Of a stretch of 64,000 nucleotides of DNA, positions 1-11,452 are shown piece by piece. The stretch spans positions 248,001 through 312,000 of the forward strand of contig OZ025730.1 in NCBI GenBank assembly GCA_964019335.1, read 5' to 3'. The notes beneath the pieces were generated by a model. That model was given only the letters and a program-made list of their open reading frames with translations. It ran no database searches and was not told the origin of the DNA. How positions within the stretch are numbered: the stretch's first letter is position 1; each line of letters begins with the position of its first letter. Source of the stretch: Diplonema japonicum (taxonomy: Eukaryota; Protista; Euglenozoa: Diplonemea). The position numbers and the translations under genes were made by a program.

Positions 1-1707
1 GGGGACCCGAGAACAGCTAGACCACCGATGACAACGAGACCCGAGATGGCGTTGGTGACAGCCATCAGGGGCGAGTGGAGGGCAGGCACCACACCCCACA
101 CCACCTGGTACCCGACAAGGACCGACACTGCGAAGGTGGTCGTTGTGGCCACCAAAGCAGGCGGCGCAGTCGCCCCGATCATGGCCAAACTACCAAGCCC
201 GACACCCATCCATTTCGCAACGCTCATTGTCTCGTTGTATGGCTTTGTAATAAGCCTGTACTTTTCATCGGCGGCGGCCTTGGCTAAGTCAGCAGCCTTC
301 TTTGCAGCGACTTCTTCCTGTGTTGAATATTGTAGTTACTCAAAGAAAGCGGCGTACCTCGGAAGGCGGGGGCGGGGGCGGCTTGGTGGGTGCGGGCCAC
401 AGAAGCTCATTACCCTTGGTAACGGTGAAGGCCCTGGTGACTTCGTCCTCAAGATCGACGAAGAAGGACTGCTCGTCCTTGGGCTTGTGAGTGAGGAGGA
501 ACTTCGTAAGGTTGTTGCTGTACAACGTGGAGGACTGGTTGGGCAGCCTGCTGGGGAGGTCGGTGTACCCGATCACTCTGACACCGTTGTCAGTGATGTG
601 GAGCTTGCCTGGTTGGGTGTAGCCGCAGTTGCCGCCTGCCTGCGCAGCAAGGTCCACGACGACAGACCCAGGCTTCATGGTGTCTACCATCTCCTTGGTG
701 ATGAGGATGGGGGCCGTCTTGCCGGGGATGAGGGCAGTCGTGATGATGATGTCCACTTCTTTAGATTGCTCTGCGAACATCGCCATCTCGGCCTTCACGA
801 AGTCCTTGCTCATTTCCTTGGCGTAGCCACCAGCACCATCTTCCAGCTCGAAACCCTTCAGTTCAAGGAACTCACCTCCCATGGACTTCACCTGGTCCTT
901 CACGGGCGGCCGGGTGTCGAAGCACCTCACGATGGCACCCAGCGACCTGGCGTGTCCAATGGCCGCGAGACCTGCAACACCACCACCAATCACTAGAACC
1001 TTGGCAGGCGGGGTCTTTCCAGCAGCAGTCATCTGGCCACACAGGAACCTGCCGAACTCATTGGCCGCCTCCACAACAGCCTTGTACCCCGCGATGTTAG
1101 CCATGGACGAGAGGGCGTCGTAGGTCTGTGCCCTCGAGATGGTACGGGGGACACAGTCCATGCTGAAGCTCGTGATGTTCCTGACTTTGATCTTCTCGAC
1201 GAGCTCAGCGTTCTGAGCAGGTTGGATGAAGGAGATCAGCGTGCTGCCGTCCTTCATGAGGTCCACCTCGTGGGTCCCCGTAGCAGGGTTCACCTGAGGG
1301 ACGTTGATCTTGCAGATGATGTCGGAGCCCAAAGCCGCTTCGTTGTTAACGATTTTCGCACCAGCAGCCGTGTACTGCGCGTCGGGAAAGTCAGCAAGGC
1401 TCCCAGCGCCAGACTCGACGTTGACGGTGTAGCCCTGCTTCACAAGGCTTGCCACAGAGGTGGGAGACACGGCGACCCTCTTCTCAGCCTCGAAGCACTC
1501 CTTCGGCACACCGACTGTCAGCTCCGTGAAAGGCACGGGGCCGGTCTTGCCGAGAAGGTGCGATGCGGCTGCGGTGCTGTAGCACCTCAGTCCAATCGGT
1601 CTCATTCCGACAGGCTTGAACCCCATCGTCATGGACTGCAGCTGCGGCTGCTCACGAAGAGGCGCAAAGGGCATCGCCCTGCGCATGAATCGACCCGCCA
1701 TCGCCAT
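1..1707 (-). CDS. NNT: NAD(P) transhydrogenase, mitochondrial-type (3'-partial; 40-nt intron at 318-357)
   Basis: Domain I motifs [38 protein letters not shown]. After a GTACGC...CACAG intron the frame continues into the membrane domain ([22 protein letters not shown]) and runs off the window. N-terminus looks like a presequence. Confidence 0.95.
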
Positions 1708-1851
1708 CCCCGGAAAAGGTCAGAATTCCTGTAATGTTATGAGAACAAAAAAATAAAATAGGAAAAATAAAAAAAAATAGGGGTGGGGAGGAACAGGGTG
1801 GGAATTTAAAGGGCGGGGGGGAGGGGGGAGAAAAAAAAACTGTTAATCGTG

Positions 1852-2604
1852 TTAATCTATCTCTTCCTCCCGTTCCATAACATCCTTGCTGTCTTCCGCC
1901 CAGAGTGCCATGTTGTCACGGATTAGTTGCATGATCAACGTGGATTCCTTGTAGGCCTCCTCGTCCAAGGATTCCAGCTCAGGGACAGCTTGATCGAATG
2001 CCTTGCGTGCTATTTCGGTTCCTTTTTCCTGTTGTTTTAAGATCTCGTTGGTGTAGACACTGTAGTTCAGGGCGAGACCGAGGCGGAGGGGGTGCGTGGG
2101 GGGGACAGAGCGAGAAGCTAGATCCATGGCTTTCTGGTAAGCCTCGTATGCTGCCTCTTTCCTTGCATCGGTGGCGCTGATCTCGCTGTAATACCTATTG
2201 TAATCGGCTTTGTGTTTCAGGTAGAAGATTTGTTCTTCAGGCGTTTTGGCAACTGTAAGCAGCTGCTCAATGAGAATAATCAGATCGTCGCATATCTCGC
2301 CCACCTCCTTCTCGAACATCTTCCTGTACGTGGTGATGAGCTTTGCGTGCTGTGTGTTCCCCTTCATCTCCTCCTTCTGCTCGATGGAGGAGACGATCCT
2401 CCAGCTTGCTCTCCTCGACCCAATCTGTGCCTTGTACGCCACCGCTAACAGGTTCCGCTCCTCCGTGGACAGCTCGGGGTTCTGCTTGATCGCCTTCTTT
2501 ATACACGACACCATCTCATCATGCCGTTCTGCCTGTTCGCACAGCTTCGCCATGAAAATCGTCTCATCTCGCGACTCCGGTGGCTGGAAGCTCGACACCG
2601 GCAT
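1852..2604 (-). CDS. 14-3-3 protein
   Basis: AKLCEQAER, ERNLLAVAYK, RASWRIVSSIEQKE, HPLRLGLALNYSV, STLIMQLIRDN. Confidence 0.97.
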   Translation of the reverse strand: MPVSSFQPPESRDETIFMAKLCEQAERHDEMVSCIKKAIKQNPELSTEERNLLAVAYKAQIGSRRASWRIVSSIEQKEEMKGNTQHAKLITTYRKMFEKEVGEICDDLIILIEQLLTVAKTPEEQIFYLKHKADYNRYYSEISATDARKEAAYEAYQKAMDLASRSVPPTHPLRLGLALNYSVYTNEILKQQEKGTEIARKAFDQAVPELESLDEEAYKESTLIMQLIRDNMALWAEDSKDVMEREEEID

Positions 2605-2766
2605 TTTTTTTTTCTTCTTTTTTTTTGTTTCCCCCCTCTTTGCTCACTGATTTTTCACGGGATGGGAAAACAAAACAAAAAAAAAGAGAAGGGGTAAAAT
2701 CCAGCTGTAAAACTGTGTCTTTTTTTTTTTTCCCCCCCTTTCTTTTTCTCTTTTTTTTTTCTTTTT

Positions 2767-4029
2767 CTAGAAGGCTGTGAAACCCTCTGCTGTTACGAAT
2801 GCGCCCCCATTTTGCGTCACCTTTTCAAAGGCAAGCTTCAGATCGATCACGCAAGACGCGTTGACAAGCTCTACGCTCGCCTCGTCCCGCCTGTACCTGA
2901 GCAACATCTCGATAAAGGGGAGCAGCTTGAGACAATCGGGTTCGTCTGCAACATAACTGTTTATAAGCCTACGGCACAAGCGGAAGAGAGGCGTCGTTCC
3001 ATCATATTCAGGAGGGCTGTAGCCAAAGGACAGCAGCACCTCAACACACAACGGGAAGTTATGATCCACGAGGCGATCAAAAATTAAAGGGTCGGATGGG
3101 ATCATTGCTTTCATATCAAGAAGGAGCCGGAGAGCTTGTTCCCTGCCGTGCAGTAAGGCGAGCTCAACAGGTGATGACCCGCAAGGCAGGTCTTGATCGA
3201 CATTAATACTGAAGTCGCGCACGATGGCTTCAATCACGGCGGGGTCGTCGCTCACAATGCTTGCGGCTATCTCTGTACGCTTCTTGCGCAGAGTGACTTC
3301 GTACTTCTCCTCATTGAGGAGTCTCTGTTTTTCAATGAGGGTGATCACATCCCGTACTTCATCCTCTCCTCCGCCAATGACCTCGGAAAGCTCATCATGT
3401 GTCATATTTCTCAGGTCTTTTCCTGTTAGATTGCGCAGGTCGTACACGTACTGCCCTTTCCCGTGTTCCTTCAGCCATTCGCGGATTTCGTGGTACTTCC
3501 AGTTCAACAGAGACGAGTTCGTGTTTGTTCCTTGATACCTGACAGTTTTCTTTGTGTGGTGTGGTGTGGGGGTAATGGTGTTTGGAGCGTTCGGTGTCGC
3601 AGTGTGCTCCGATTCGAGTATTCTGCACTTTTCACGTAGCGCGTCGACTAGCTGTGAAGCGTTGTTGCGGTCCAGGTGATGCTGTTCGTGTTGTTTTATA
3701 GCCAGCAGCTCCAGGGTGTCCATTTTTCTTGTGTGGTCTCGCCGTTCCTTCTCTCTCCACTCTTCTGGGATTGCGTTATGCAGTTCTCTTCTGCTGTTGT
3801 CAGCGGCCTCCCAGACTTGGTACTGCCACTTCCTCATTCGTGTCGCCTGTGTGTATTTCAGAACCTCTTCCGTGGTTGCGTTTACCGCTTTCTGAAGCGC
3901 CGTTCTTGTCAGGTTCTCTTCCCTCGAGATGGCCCCTGTTCCTTCTCTCCACTTGTCCTCCATGTAAGCCCTCTCAGTGCCCATCATGAACACCCGCTCG
4001 CCTCTCTTCTGCATTTTCATTGTCTCCAT
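2767..4029 (-). CDS. SAM-domain plus ankyrin-repeat protein
   Basis: SAM-like WKYHEIREWL...LTGKDLRNMTHDEL; ankyrin-like GSSPVELALLHGREQALRLLL and GTTPLFRL. Start codon uncertain. Confidence 0.6.
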   Translation of the reverse strand: METMKMQKRGERVFMMGTERAYMEDKWREGTGAISREENLTRTALQKAVNATTEEVLKYTQATRMRKWQYQVWEAADNSRRELHNAIPEEWREKERRDHTRKMDTLELLAIKQHEQHHLDRNNASQLVDALREKCRILESEHTATPNAPNTITPTPHHTKKTVRYQGTNTNSSLLNWKYHEIREWLKEHGKGQYVYDLRNLTGKDLRNMTHDELSEVIGGGEDEVRDVITLIEKQRLLNEEKYEVTLRKKRTEIAASIVSDDPAVIEAIVRDFSINVDQDLPCGSSPVELALLHGREQALRLLLDMKAMIPSDPLIFDRLVDHNFPLCVEVLLSFGYSPPEYDGTTPLFRLCRRLINSYVADEPDCLKLLPFIEMLLRYRRDEASVELVNASCVIDLKLAFEKVTQNGGAFVTAEGFTAF

Positions 4030-4351
4030 CCCCCTCTTGTTTTTAAATGTTGTGATTTCTTTTTCCTTGGTTGTCACGGGTAATTAGGGGGCATCCTGTT
4101 CCATCCCAGACTCTTCTTCGCCACCAATGGTTCTGAGCGTGTGGTTCTTCTGGCTCTCCGCCGGGAATTTTGCTTTTTCGGACATTCTTCTGAATGTGTG
4201 CTGTGTCACCCTTCTTGGGTTCTTTGCAAGAGGCCGTGGAAACATCGTGACTTTTTCTGTATCATGGCCAGGTCACCCTCCCCCGTGATCGGCTCGACAC
4301 CCAGCGTGTTTTCGATGTCGAAAAAAACAAAAAATAAAAAATAAAAAAAAA

Positions 4352-4478
4352 CTAGTCTCAGTACGGCCACCAGTCGGCTCCATATGTACCATAAACGCTT
4401 GTGGAGTGAGCTTCTACCCTGTGAGACGCCACCCGCAAACCCGCAAAAGGGGAGGTGTCATCACGTGCCTTTGACTAG
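4352..4478 (-). ncRNA. Candidate box C/D snoRNA
   Basis: Box C GTGATGA (4458-4464), box D CTGA (4358-4361), terminal stem CTAGTC/GACTAG, followed by a T-rich tract. No guide target identified. Confidence 0.35.
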
Positions 4479-4705
4479 CTGTCTCGTAACTAAAGAAAAT
4501 TGGCAGGTAGGGTAGCCTGTAAAGTAGGAAAAAAACAAGACCCATCCAACGCCAAAACACGAGAGAAAGAAAAGAAATGCACCTCCCCCACCCAATGTTA
4601 AAGGGTAAGTCGAAGTTTGTGGTGGGGGGGTGCGGTTTTGCCCCACGGGCTAGAAAAACTGGGAGAAAACAAGAAAAAAAAAAGTTTGTCCTTTTTGTAT
4701 CCTTG

Positions 4706-5626
4706 CTAGGAAGGGTACTGCCATCGAGCCCAGCTCCAGCTTTGGACCGGTAGAATATGGGCAATGGAATTCATGTAGGATTGGGGGCTCCAGTCAAGTG
4801 TTCGTGCTGCAGTGAAAGTATCAGAGTGGTAAAACAGGGACTTTGGAGTGATATGCGCTTCTAATGTAGCAAGGAGGGAGACTTTGTTGCCAGACTCGGT
4901 CTGTGGGACTGCGAACCCCTTGAAGAAGAAGCTCACCATGCGGACAATAACATCTTCAGGAAAGAGTGTCGCCAGCATCACAACCCATTGCGCGACAACA
5001 GGGGCGGAGTTGCAGCAAACCCCATCAGGGGTGACACAGAAGTCACACGTGCCACAACGCCAGTTCTTATTCGGTCGTTTTATGACATTACACCCTGTGC
5101 ACACCCCATTTCTAAGCTGAAGGTGGCACCACCGGCACTCCGAGAACTCTGCTTTGTAGTTCTGCAGTACATGTTTCGTAATCTTTTTGGTGACAAGTCG
5201 CTTCCCCGCCTCCACTCGTGCCTCCTTCGTCTCTTGCACTGCTGCTGTAACTACCTTCTTCTCAGCAATGCAGTGCTGGCAGTCCGAGACACGGACATGG
5301 TGCTTGTGATGTTTGCACTTTTTCTGCCTCACGACACCCCCTTCTTCATTGACCTTCCACCCTGACTCCACAATGTATTTTCCAGCAGCTGCCTGCAGCG
5401 GGTTGTTGCCTTTGATCGGAAGATCCCTCACTCTGTGCCCCGTGCCTGCATATTGCTCTTTTTTGTCCTTCTTTGGGTTCCTCCTCTTTCCCTTCCCAGA
5501 GGACCCTTGTGCCACGCTGAAGTCATCAGTCAGGCTGTACCCCTCGGAATCGTAGGCATCGCTGTCGACGTCAGCCACCTCCGTCTTCGTCATCTTTGCG
5601 ATTTGCTTTGCGAGAATGGCATCCAT
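4706..5626 (-). CDS. Cys-rich (multiple CxxC) protein with F-box-like motif, tandem copy 1
   Basis: CQHC, CRWC, CTGC, CGTC; LFPEDVIVRMVSFF; near-identical to 5855-6817 except the C-terminal tail. Confidence 0.75.
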   Translation of the reverse strand: MDAILAKQIAKMTKTEVADVDSDAYDSEGYSLTDDFSVAQGSSGKGKRRNPKKDKKEQYAGTGHRVRDLPIKGNNPLQAAAGKYIVESGWKVNEEGGVVRQKKCKHHKHHVRVSDCQHCIAEKKVVTAAVQETKEARVEAGKRLVTKKITKHVLQNYKAEFSECRWCHLQLRNGVCTGCNVIKRPNKNWRCGTCDFCVTPDGVCCNSAPVVAQWVVMLATLFPEDVIVRMVSFFFKGFAVPQTESGNKVSLLATLEAHITPKSLFYHSDTFTAARTLDWSPQSYMNSIAHILPVQSWSWARWQYPS

Positions 5627-5854
5627 TCTTTTTGCCTTGTTTTTGTTTGTTGTGTGTACGGTAAAATGCCCTGTTTTGCTTCTTTTCGTTCCCGTTTTCA
5701 ATCCTTGCCGACACGGTAAGTTGTCACACCTGTGTCATTCTCAGCAGGGGGGATAAATAAAACTGAAAGGAAAACGAACGAAACGGGAAGAGACCACTAC
5801 TCCAAGGGATAGAAAGGAGCAGTGAAGATCTGACCCTCCTTTCCTGAAACAAAG

Positions 5855-6817
5855 TTAAGAAGGGTACTCCCAGGCAGGCTTGCTCCAACTGAGAGGTTCC
5901 CAATGGCTAAAGTACGGCAATGTATACCACCTTCTGGCATTGGCCCAGCTCACCAGTTCAGGTGGGCATGAAACGACAACACGACTTTTGACCCGTTCAG
6001 CACAGAATTCGTCGTGATGGTAAAACAGGGACTTTGGAGTGATATGCGCTTCTAATGTAGCAAGGAAGGAGACTTTGTTGCCAGACTCGGTCTGTGGGAC
6101 TGCGAACCCCTTGAAGAAGAAGCTCACCATGCGGACAATAACATCTTCAGGGAAGAGTGTCGCCAGCATCACAACCCATTGCGCGACAACAGGGGCGGAG
6201 TTGCAGCAAACCCCATCAGGGGTGACACAGAAGTCACACGTGCCACAACGCCAGTTCTTATTCGGTCGTTTTATGACATTACACCCTGTGCACACCCCAT
6301 TTCTAAGCTGAAGGTGGCACCACCGGCACTCCGAGAACTCTGCCTTGTAGTTCTGCAGTGCATGTTTCGTAATCTTTTTGGTGACGTGTTGTTTCCCCGC
6401 CTCCACTCGTGCCTCCTTCGTCTCTTGCACTGCTGCTGTAACTACCTTCTTCTCAGCAATGCAGTGCTGGCAGTCCGAGACACGGACATGGTGCTTGTGA
6501 TGTTTGCACTTTTTCTGCCTCACGACACCCCCTTCTTCATTGACCTTCCACCCTGACTCCACAATGTATTTTCCAGCAGCTGCCTGCAGCGGGTTGTTGC
6601 CTTTGATCGGAAGATCCCTCACTCTGTGCCCCGTGCCTGCATATTGCTCTTTTTTGTCCTTCTTTGGGTTCCTCCTCTTTCCCTTCCCAGAGGACCCTTG
6701 TGCCACGCTGAAGTCATCAGTCAGGCTGTACCCCTCGGAATCGTAGGCATCGCTGTCGACGTCAGCCACCTCCGTCTTCGTCATCTTTGCGATTTGCTTT
6801 GCGAGAATGGCATCCAT
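5855..6817 (-). CDS. Cys-rich (multiple CxxC) protein with F-box-like motif, tandem copy 2
   Basis: Tandem duplicate (offset 1191 bp) of 4706-5626. Confidence 0.75.
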   Translation of the reverse strand: MDAILAKQIAKMTKTEVADVDSDAYDSEGYSLTDDFSVAQGSSGKGKRRNPKKDKKEQYAGTGHRVRDLPIKGNNPLQAAAGKYIVESGWKVNEEGGVVRQKKCKHHKHHVRVSDCQHCIAEKKVVTAAVQETKEARVEAGKQHVTKKITKHALQNYKAEFSECRWCHLQLRNGVCTGCNVIKRPNKNWRCGTCDFCVTPDGVCCNSAPVVAQWVVMLATLFPEDVIVRMVSFFFKGFAVPQTESGNKVSFLATLEAHITPKSLFYHHDEFCAERVKSRVVVSCPPELVSWANARRWYTLPYFSHWEPLSWSKPAWEYPS

Positions 6818-8390
6818 TTGTGTACTAGTTATTTTTTTTTCTTTTTTTTTTTTGTCTTGGGGTAAAATATCCTGTTTTTTTTCCCCCTTCTTTTTTTCTA
6901 TCCCCCCTTCTGTTCCCAAGAGTGAAATAACAACTGACAAGAAAGAAGAATAGAAGGGAATCATACAGAATGAGGTAAGCTCACGATCGCAAAGACAGCA
7001 AAAAAAAAGGGGGGGGAGAAAAGGGGAAGTTTTCTTTTAAATGATTTTCATTAATGAAACGGAGAGGGGTGGGAGGGAAGATATACTTGAGACATTGCTC
7101 TACATCCCTTTGTTGCGGTTTCTTGTTTTTTTTTTCTTCTTACTTTTCACTTTTATAGATATTTAATCACAAAGTGAAACCCTTTTATCCCATTGAAAGA
7201 ATCCTTGGAGATATTAAAGCTACATAAAACCCCTTTGAAAAAAAATGTCTTCGGAAAACACCGTGTACCACACCCTTTTTTTGACCAATAAATCGATTTC
7301 CGTCCGGTTCTGGGCACTTTTGGGCACCTACAAGGCATTATTTTGCATTTTTAAAAAAAAAGGTGACACATTTTGGTACCTGGCCTGTTGTCTCTCCTGT
7401 ATCCTCTGATTTTTTTTTCCAGACGGATTTTGATCTTTTTTTTTTTTTTTGGTCGTTTTAGAGGGTAATAGGTAGAATTTTTTTTTCACTTTTACCCTGC
7501 CCCCCCCCCCCCCCCCCGTATTTTATATACTCGCTTCGCCAAGTTCACAAGAAAACACGTATCGGCACTCACAGACTTCTTTGAAATGACTCCCTTGAGG
7601 GTGGTGTCATGACGAACCAAATTAGGCCAAATAATGAAGTTAACAGAGCAGGGGGGGGGGGGGGGGGGGGGACTAAACTGCCAGATTGCAGGGAAAAAAG
7701 AGAGAGAAAAATACAAACAGGCGCTACTACTGCTCTTTCTTCCCCCTCCCCCCCCTTTTCTTTTCTCTCTGCTTAGTCTTAGTCAAGTTAGAAGTTAGAA
7801 GTTAACTATATCAGCCGCACAGAGCTTTTGCCAGCTTTATTTATTTTGTCCTCTTATTGCGCTCTTTTTTTGTTTTTTTTTACCCCCCCCAAAAAAAAGA
7901 ATATCGGAAGAAAAAAATAATCAAAAAATATTTTAAGGTATGTGTGTGTTTTCTTTTTTTTCTTTTCTTTTCTTTTGCGCTCGCCGGCCGAGCAAAGCAT
8001 AGTCCCCGTTGTCCCCGTTCTGGAGGGCTCTGGCGGGTTCCTACTGCGGTGGTCAAACTGCGGGGAACCCTTGCGACAGATCTCTGCTGCAAGCCTTCGA
8101 TGCGGGGGGGAGGGGGGGGGGGGGGGGATGTTTAAGGGCAAATCCCCCTTGAGGACCACCCTTAGGGGGCGTTCCACGTCATTCCTGCATTCATGTTCAG
8201 TTGCACCCCCGAGTGCCAAAAAAAAAAAAAAGAAAAAATCGCGTCGTGCTTACCGAAACCAAACAGGGTGCATCATGCAAGACCCTGGTCCCGAAGCAGG
8301 TCGAGCAAGGACGAACACGAACCGAGAAGCTTCTCCTCACCTCCATTGTTGTAGACCTGTGTTGTTAAACCTTCTTTTTTTTTTTTATCT

Positions 8391-9500
8391 TCACACCTTG
8401 TCGATGACCTCTAGCTCATCCATCATGGCGGCTAGCTCCGAGTTGATCTCAACGTACCGCTCACGTGACATTCCTTGTATCTCGATTTCTTCACCATTTC
8501 CATCGCCGGAGTTGTTGGCTTGGTTCTCCCCGAAAGGGGAGAACTTGAACCCTGTGTCCGTTGCCGTCTTCCCGAGAAACATTTGAAGGAAGTTGGCGTC
8601 GTGGTAGGCATGTTGATCGTCTCTGTTTGTGGTTTCACTTTCGCTTTTTCGGGAAGGTGTGATGGAAGGGGAGGGATCGCTCCCGTCTTTGGAAACAGGT
8701 TTACCCAATGATTCCATTGCAGCGATTCTTTGATCATCTGTTTGCGAAATGTACAAATTCGTCCCGTACGTTATGTCTCGGAGCTTGTAATTGAAATGGT
8801 CGGATTTGCGCTGGTTTGTGATTTTCCACGTGAGGGGATGCTCGAAGACCTCGACGAGGGGGTCGCTACCTTGTGTGAAATATCGGACGACACCGGGGGT
8901 TTCAACAAGTTCGTCGTTTGGCATTGGACCGCCGACTTCAAGTGGAAAGTTCCCCCGTTCTGTTTGAAGATTCTCTCGCAAGAACAACGACACCTTTGTC
9001 CGCCTGTCTTGGAAAAATTTGCAAAGCAAACCCCGAATACCGTGGAACTGTGCCACGGAAATCTTTCTCATGGTGTCCTCTAGTTGTATCAACGCGGAGT
9101 CGATGACCAACCTCGCGTGAGATTCTGGTTCTGTGAGTAATCTACTGGCTTCGATATGGTTTAAAGTCACTGCAATGAGATCCTTCGGGTGGGTTAGGTT
9201 CACCACCTGGTACTTAAACCCCATCACCATCAGCTCGTACATTTTCTCCATGCTCTGCTCGCTTAGCTTCATGATGCTCGTGTTGGCGATGGTGTGGAAG
9301 ATGCCCTTCATGTATGTGTTGCTTGGGAGCGGTCCGGGTTTCAGCAGTTCCCTGAAAACCTTCGGGTTGTACAGCTGTTTGATGATATCCGTGAGGACAC
9401 GTTCTATCTTGTCTTTTCGTATCTTTTGACTGTATAATCTCTGTTCTAATATATAAACCATCTCGCCGCCCATGTTGCAATGGATAAAAGGAATTGCCAT
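8391..9500 (-). CDS. OSCP1: Organic solute carrier partner 1 (OSCP1/NOR1) family protein
   Basis: N-terminal NMGGEMVYILEQRL; SIMKLSEQSMEKMYELMVMGFKYQ; VTLNH; VSLFL. Confidence 0.88.
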   Translation of the reverse strand: MAIPFIHCNMGGEMVYILEQRLYSQKIRKDKIERVLTDIIKQLYNPKVFRELLKPGPLPSNTYMKGIFHTIANTSIMKLSEQSMEKMYELMVMGFKYQVVNLTHPKDLIAVTLNHIEASRLLTEPESHARLVIDSALIQLEDTMRKISVAQFHGIRGLLCKFFQDRRTKVSLFLRENLQTERGNFPLEVGGPMPNDELVETPGVVRYFTQGSDPLVEVFEHPLTWKITNQRKSDHFNYKLRDITYGTNLYISQTDDQRIAAMESLGKPVSKDGSDPSPSITPSRKSESETTNRDDQHAYHDANFLQMFLGKTATDTGFKFSPFGENQANNSGDGNGEEIEIQGMSRERYVEINSELAAMMDELEVIDKV

Positions 9501-9684
9501 CTGTTGTGTGTGTGTGTGTGTGGGTGCATACTCTGATCATGTCCGCTTTCGGTCCCCACTCGAAATCCATGCCGCCTGTTGACATTTTTTCCCCCTTCCC
9601 TTCCTCTTCCCCCACCTCCCCCTCTTCTTCTCTCCTTTTTTTTTGTTTTTTTTTTTTTTTTTTTCGTTGCGATTTTGTGTTTAA

Positions 9685-11452
9685 CCCATAACACTCCAAG
9701 GCGCAAATATTTGTCGTTTTGAAAAATCGTTTTTTTCTCTAAGTACTTTTTCGTCCCCACGACCCCTGGATCTCCAAGAACGACTATAGTGAGGAGTTAT
9801 TTTCAACTGCAATTCATGTTGCACTGCATCACTTTACCTTGTTATCCACCCACCAAGTGGGTCCCAAATCCGAGTGGATAGGCGAAAAAACGCAAAATAA
9901 CGGGTGTGCAGACTGTGTCCAAAAAACGCAAAGGTAAAGCCAAAACAGCTACGGACGAGGTCCAATCTTCATGGGTAAGGGAGTTGGTACCCATAGAGAC
10001 CATAAAATAGGCCGGTGGGGGGGAAAAAAGCTGTCCCGTGGTACGCAGAAACCTGACGACGCAAAATGATTATTCCTTCGGTTTTTTTGATAAGAAGTTC
10101 ACAGACGTCATCCAAGAAGAGACAAACAAGCATAAGGACGCTGAGATTGATAAGATTTCGACCCAGGACTCATTGAGCATTATAATGGGTTTGCGGCGTG
10201 CCCAGAATTAGCAAACGTATTGGTCCACAGGACCCATGAAAATCCCCCTTTTCAGTAACACGAAGCCCAGGAGACGCTACCAGGAAATTAAAAGTAGCCT
10301 CCACTTCACTCACACAGAAGAGTCAAACGGTGATGTGTTGTGGAAGACACGAGGGTTTCTGGACAGAATTGGTAACAAGTGGGCAAAAACAGCAGTGCCA
10401 GGAAAATATTTAAGCATTGACGAGACACTCGTACCGTCACGGGGCAATTGGGGGGGCTTGGGGTCTACTGTCCTCTCAAGCGTAAGAGATATGGCATAAA
10501 AATATACTGCCTAAACTGCGTGAGCACGGGTTATCTTTCGCGTTTTCACATCCACGCCACCAAAATCGAGGGGCACGCACTTGAAGATTTCAGTGTCGTG
10601 GAAAAGGTGGTGCTGGGGTTAACGGGGAATTTTCGGGGAACGACAACACGGTAGTTTGCAATAACTACTTTTCGACTGTGGGTCTGGCCGAAGCCCTGTG
10701 AAAAAACTGTGAGGGGGCTTGCATTTCGTTGGAGTGTCGCGGACTCTTCTGGTGGGCCCTAGAAGTGACAATAGTTAACTGCCTTGCACTTTAAATAAAA
10801 TATGGTTAGGGTTCAGCCAAAGAGATACAAAACCCTGGCTGCTTTTAAAGAGCGCTTTCGAGAGAGCCTAAATGATGGGTCCAGCGTTGCAAAAACACCA
10901 CTCCCGGCACCCAACTAGTGGAGCACACACACCCGACACCCCAGATTACACCAAACGTGGCCACCAACCACTCAAAGGGGGCAACTCCAGGTTCTGCAGG
11001 TTGAAAGGATGACACAAAACGCACAATCTACAAATGCTACACCTGTAACCAACACCTCTGTCCAAATAAGTGCTTTTTTCGTACCACTCTTCCATCACCC
11101 CAAAAAGGCTTCTTGACGATTTCGAGGCCGATATTCCCCCGCAAATAGGCACTTCTCTCGGTCTGAGACATCTGAGGGGTCCTGATGCTGCTTTTTTTGT
11201 CCCAAGATGCTCAATTTACACCCCCCCGTGCACAACCCATTTTGACATGGTCGTTTTTGAGCACCCTACGGCCGTTCAACTCTTCATCCCCTTTGTATTT
11301 TTATTAATTTTTGAGCTTTTTTTTAAATTTTCCTGGTCCAAAAAACCCGTTTTACCTGCAAACGGGGGTTGAATGCTGCCATTTCCCCCCTCAAATTATG
11401 AAAAGGGGCAAAAAAGGGACCCCTATGTAGATAGGCCCCGGAGTGTTATGGG
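9685..11452 (+). mobile_element. piggyBac DNA transposon, degenerate transposase
   Basis: TTAA at 9681-9684 and 11453-11456; perfect 13-bp TIRs CCCATAACACTCC / GGAGTGTTATGGG; broken transposase fragments RRYQEIKSSLHF, LSIDETLVP, KRYGIKIYCL, NNYFSTVGLAEAL and a Cys-rich tail remnant. Confidence 0.93.

Noticed and set aside
28-996. Long plus-strand ORFs (also 19561-20544, 55597-56916, 58151-59437)
   Set aside because: Antisense shadows of real minus-strand genes; no recognisable motifs.
4084-4245. 53-codon ORF in frame with the SAM/ankyrin gene, separated by one TAA (possible stop-codon reassignment)
   Set aside because: TAA, TAG and TGA all end conserved genes at the expected positions (14-3-3, HINT, RPS23, PLC); at most a uORF or point change.
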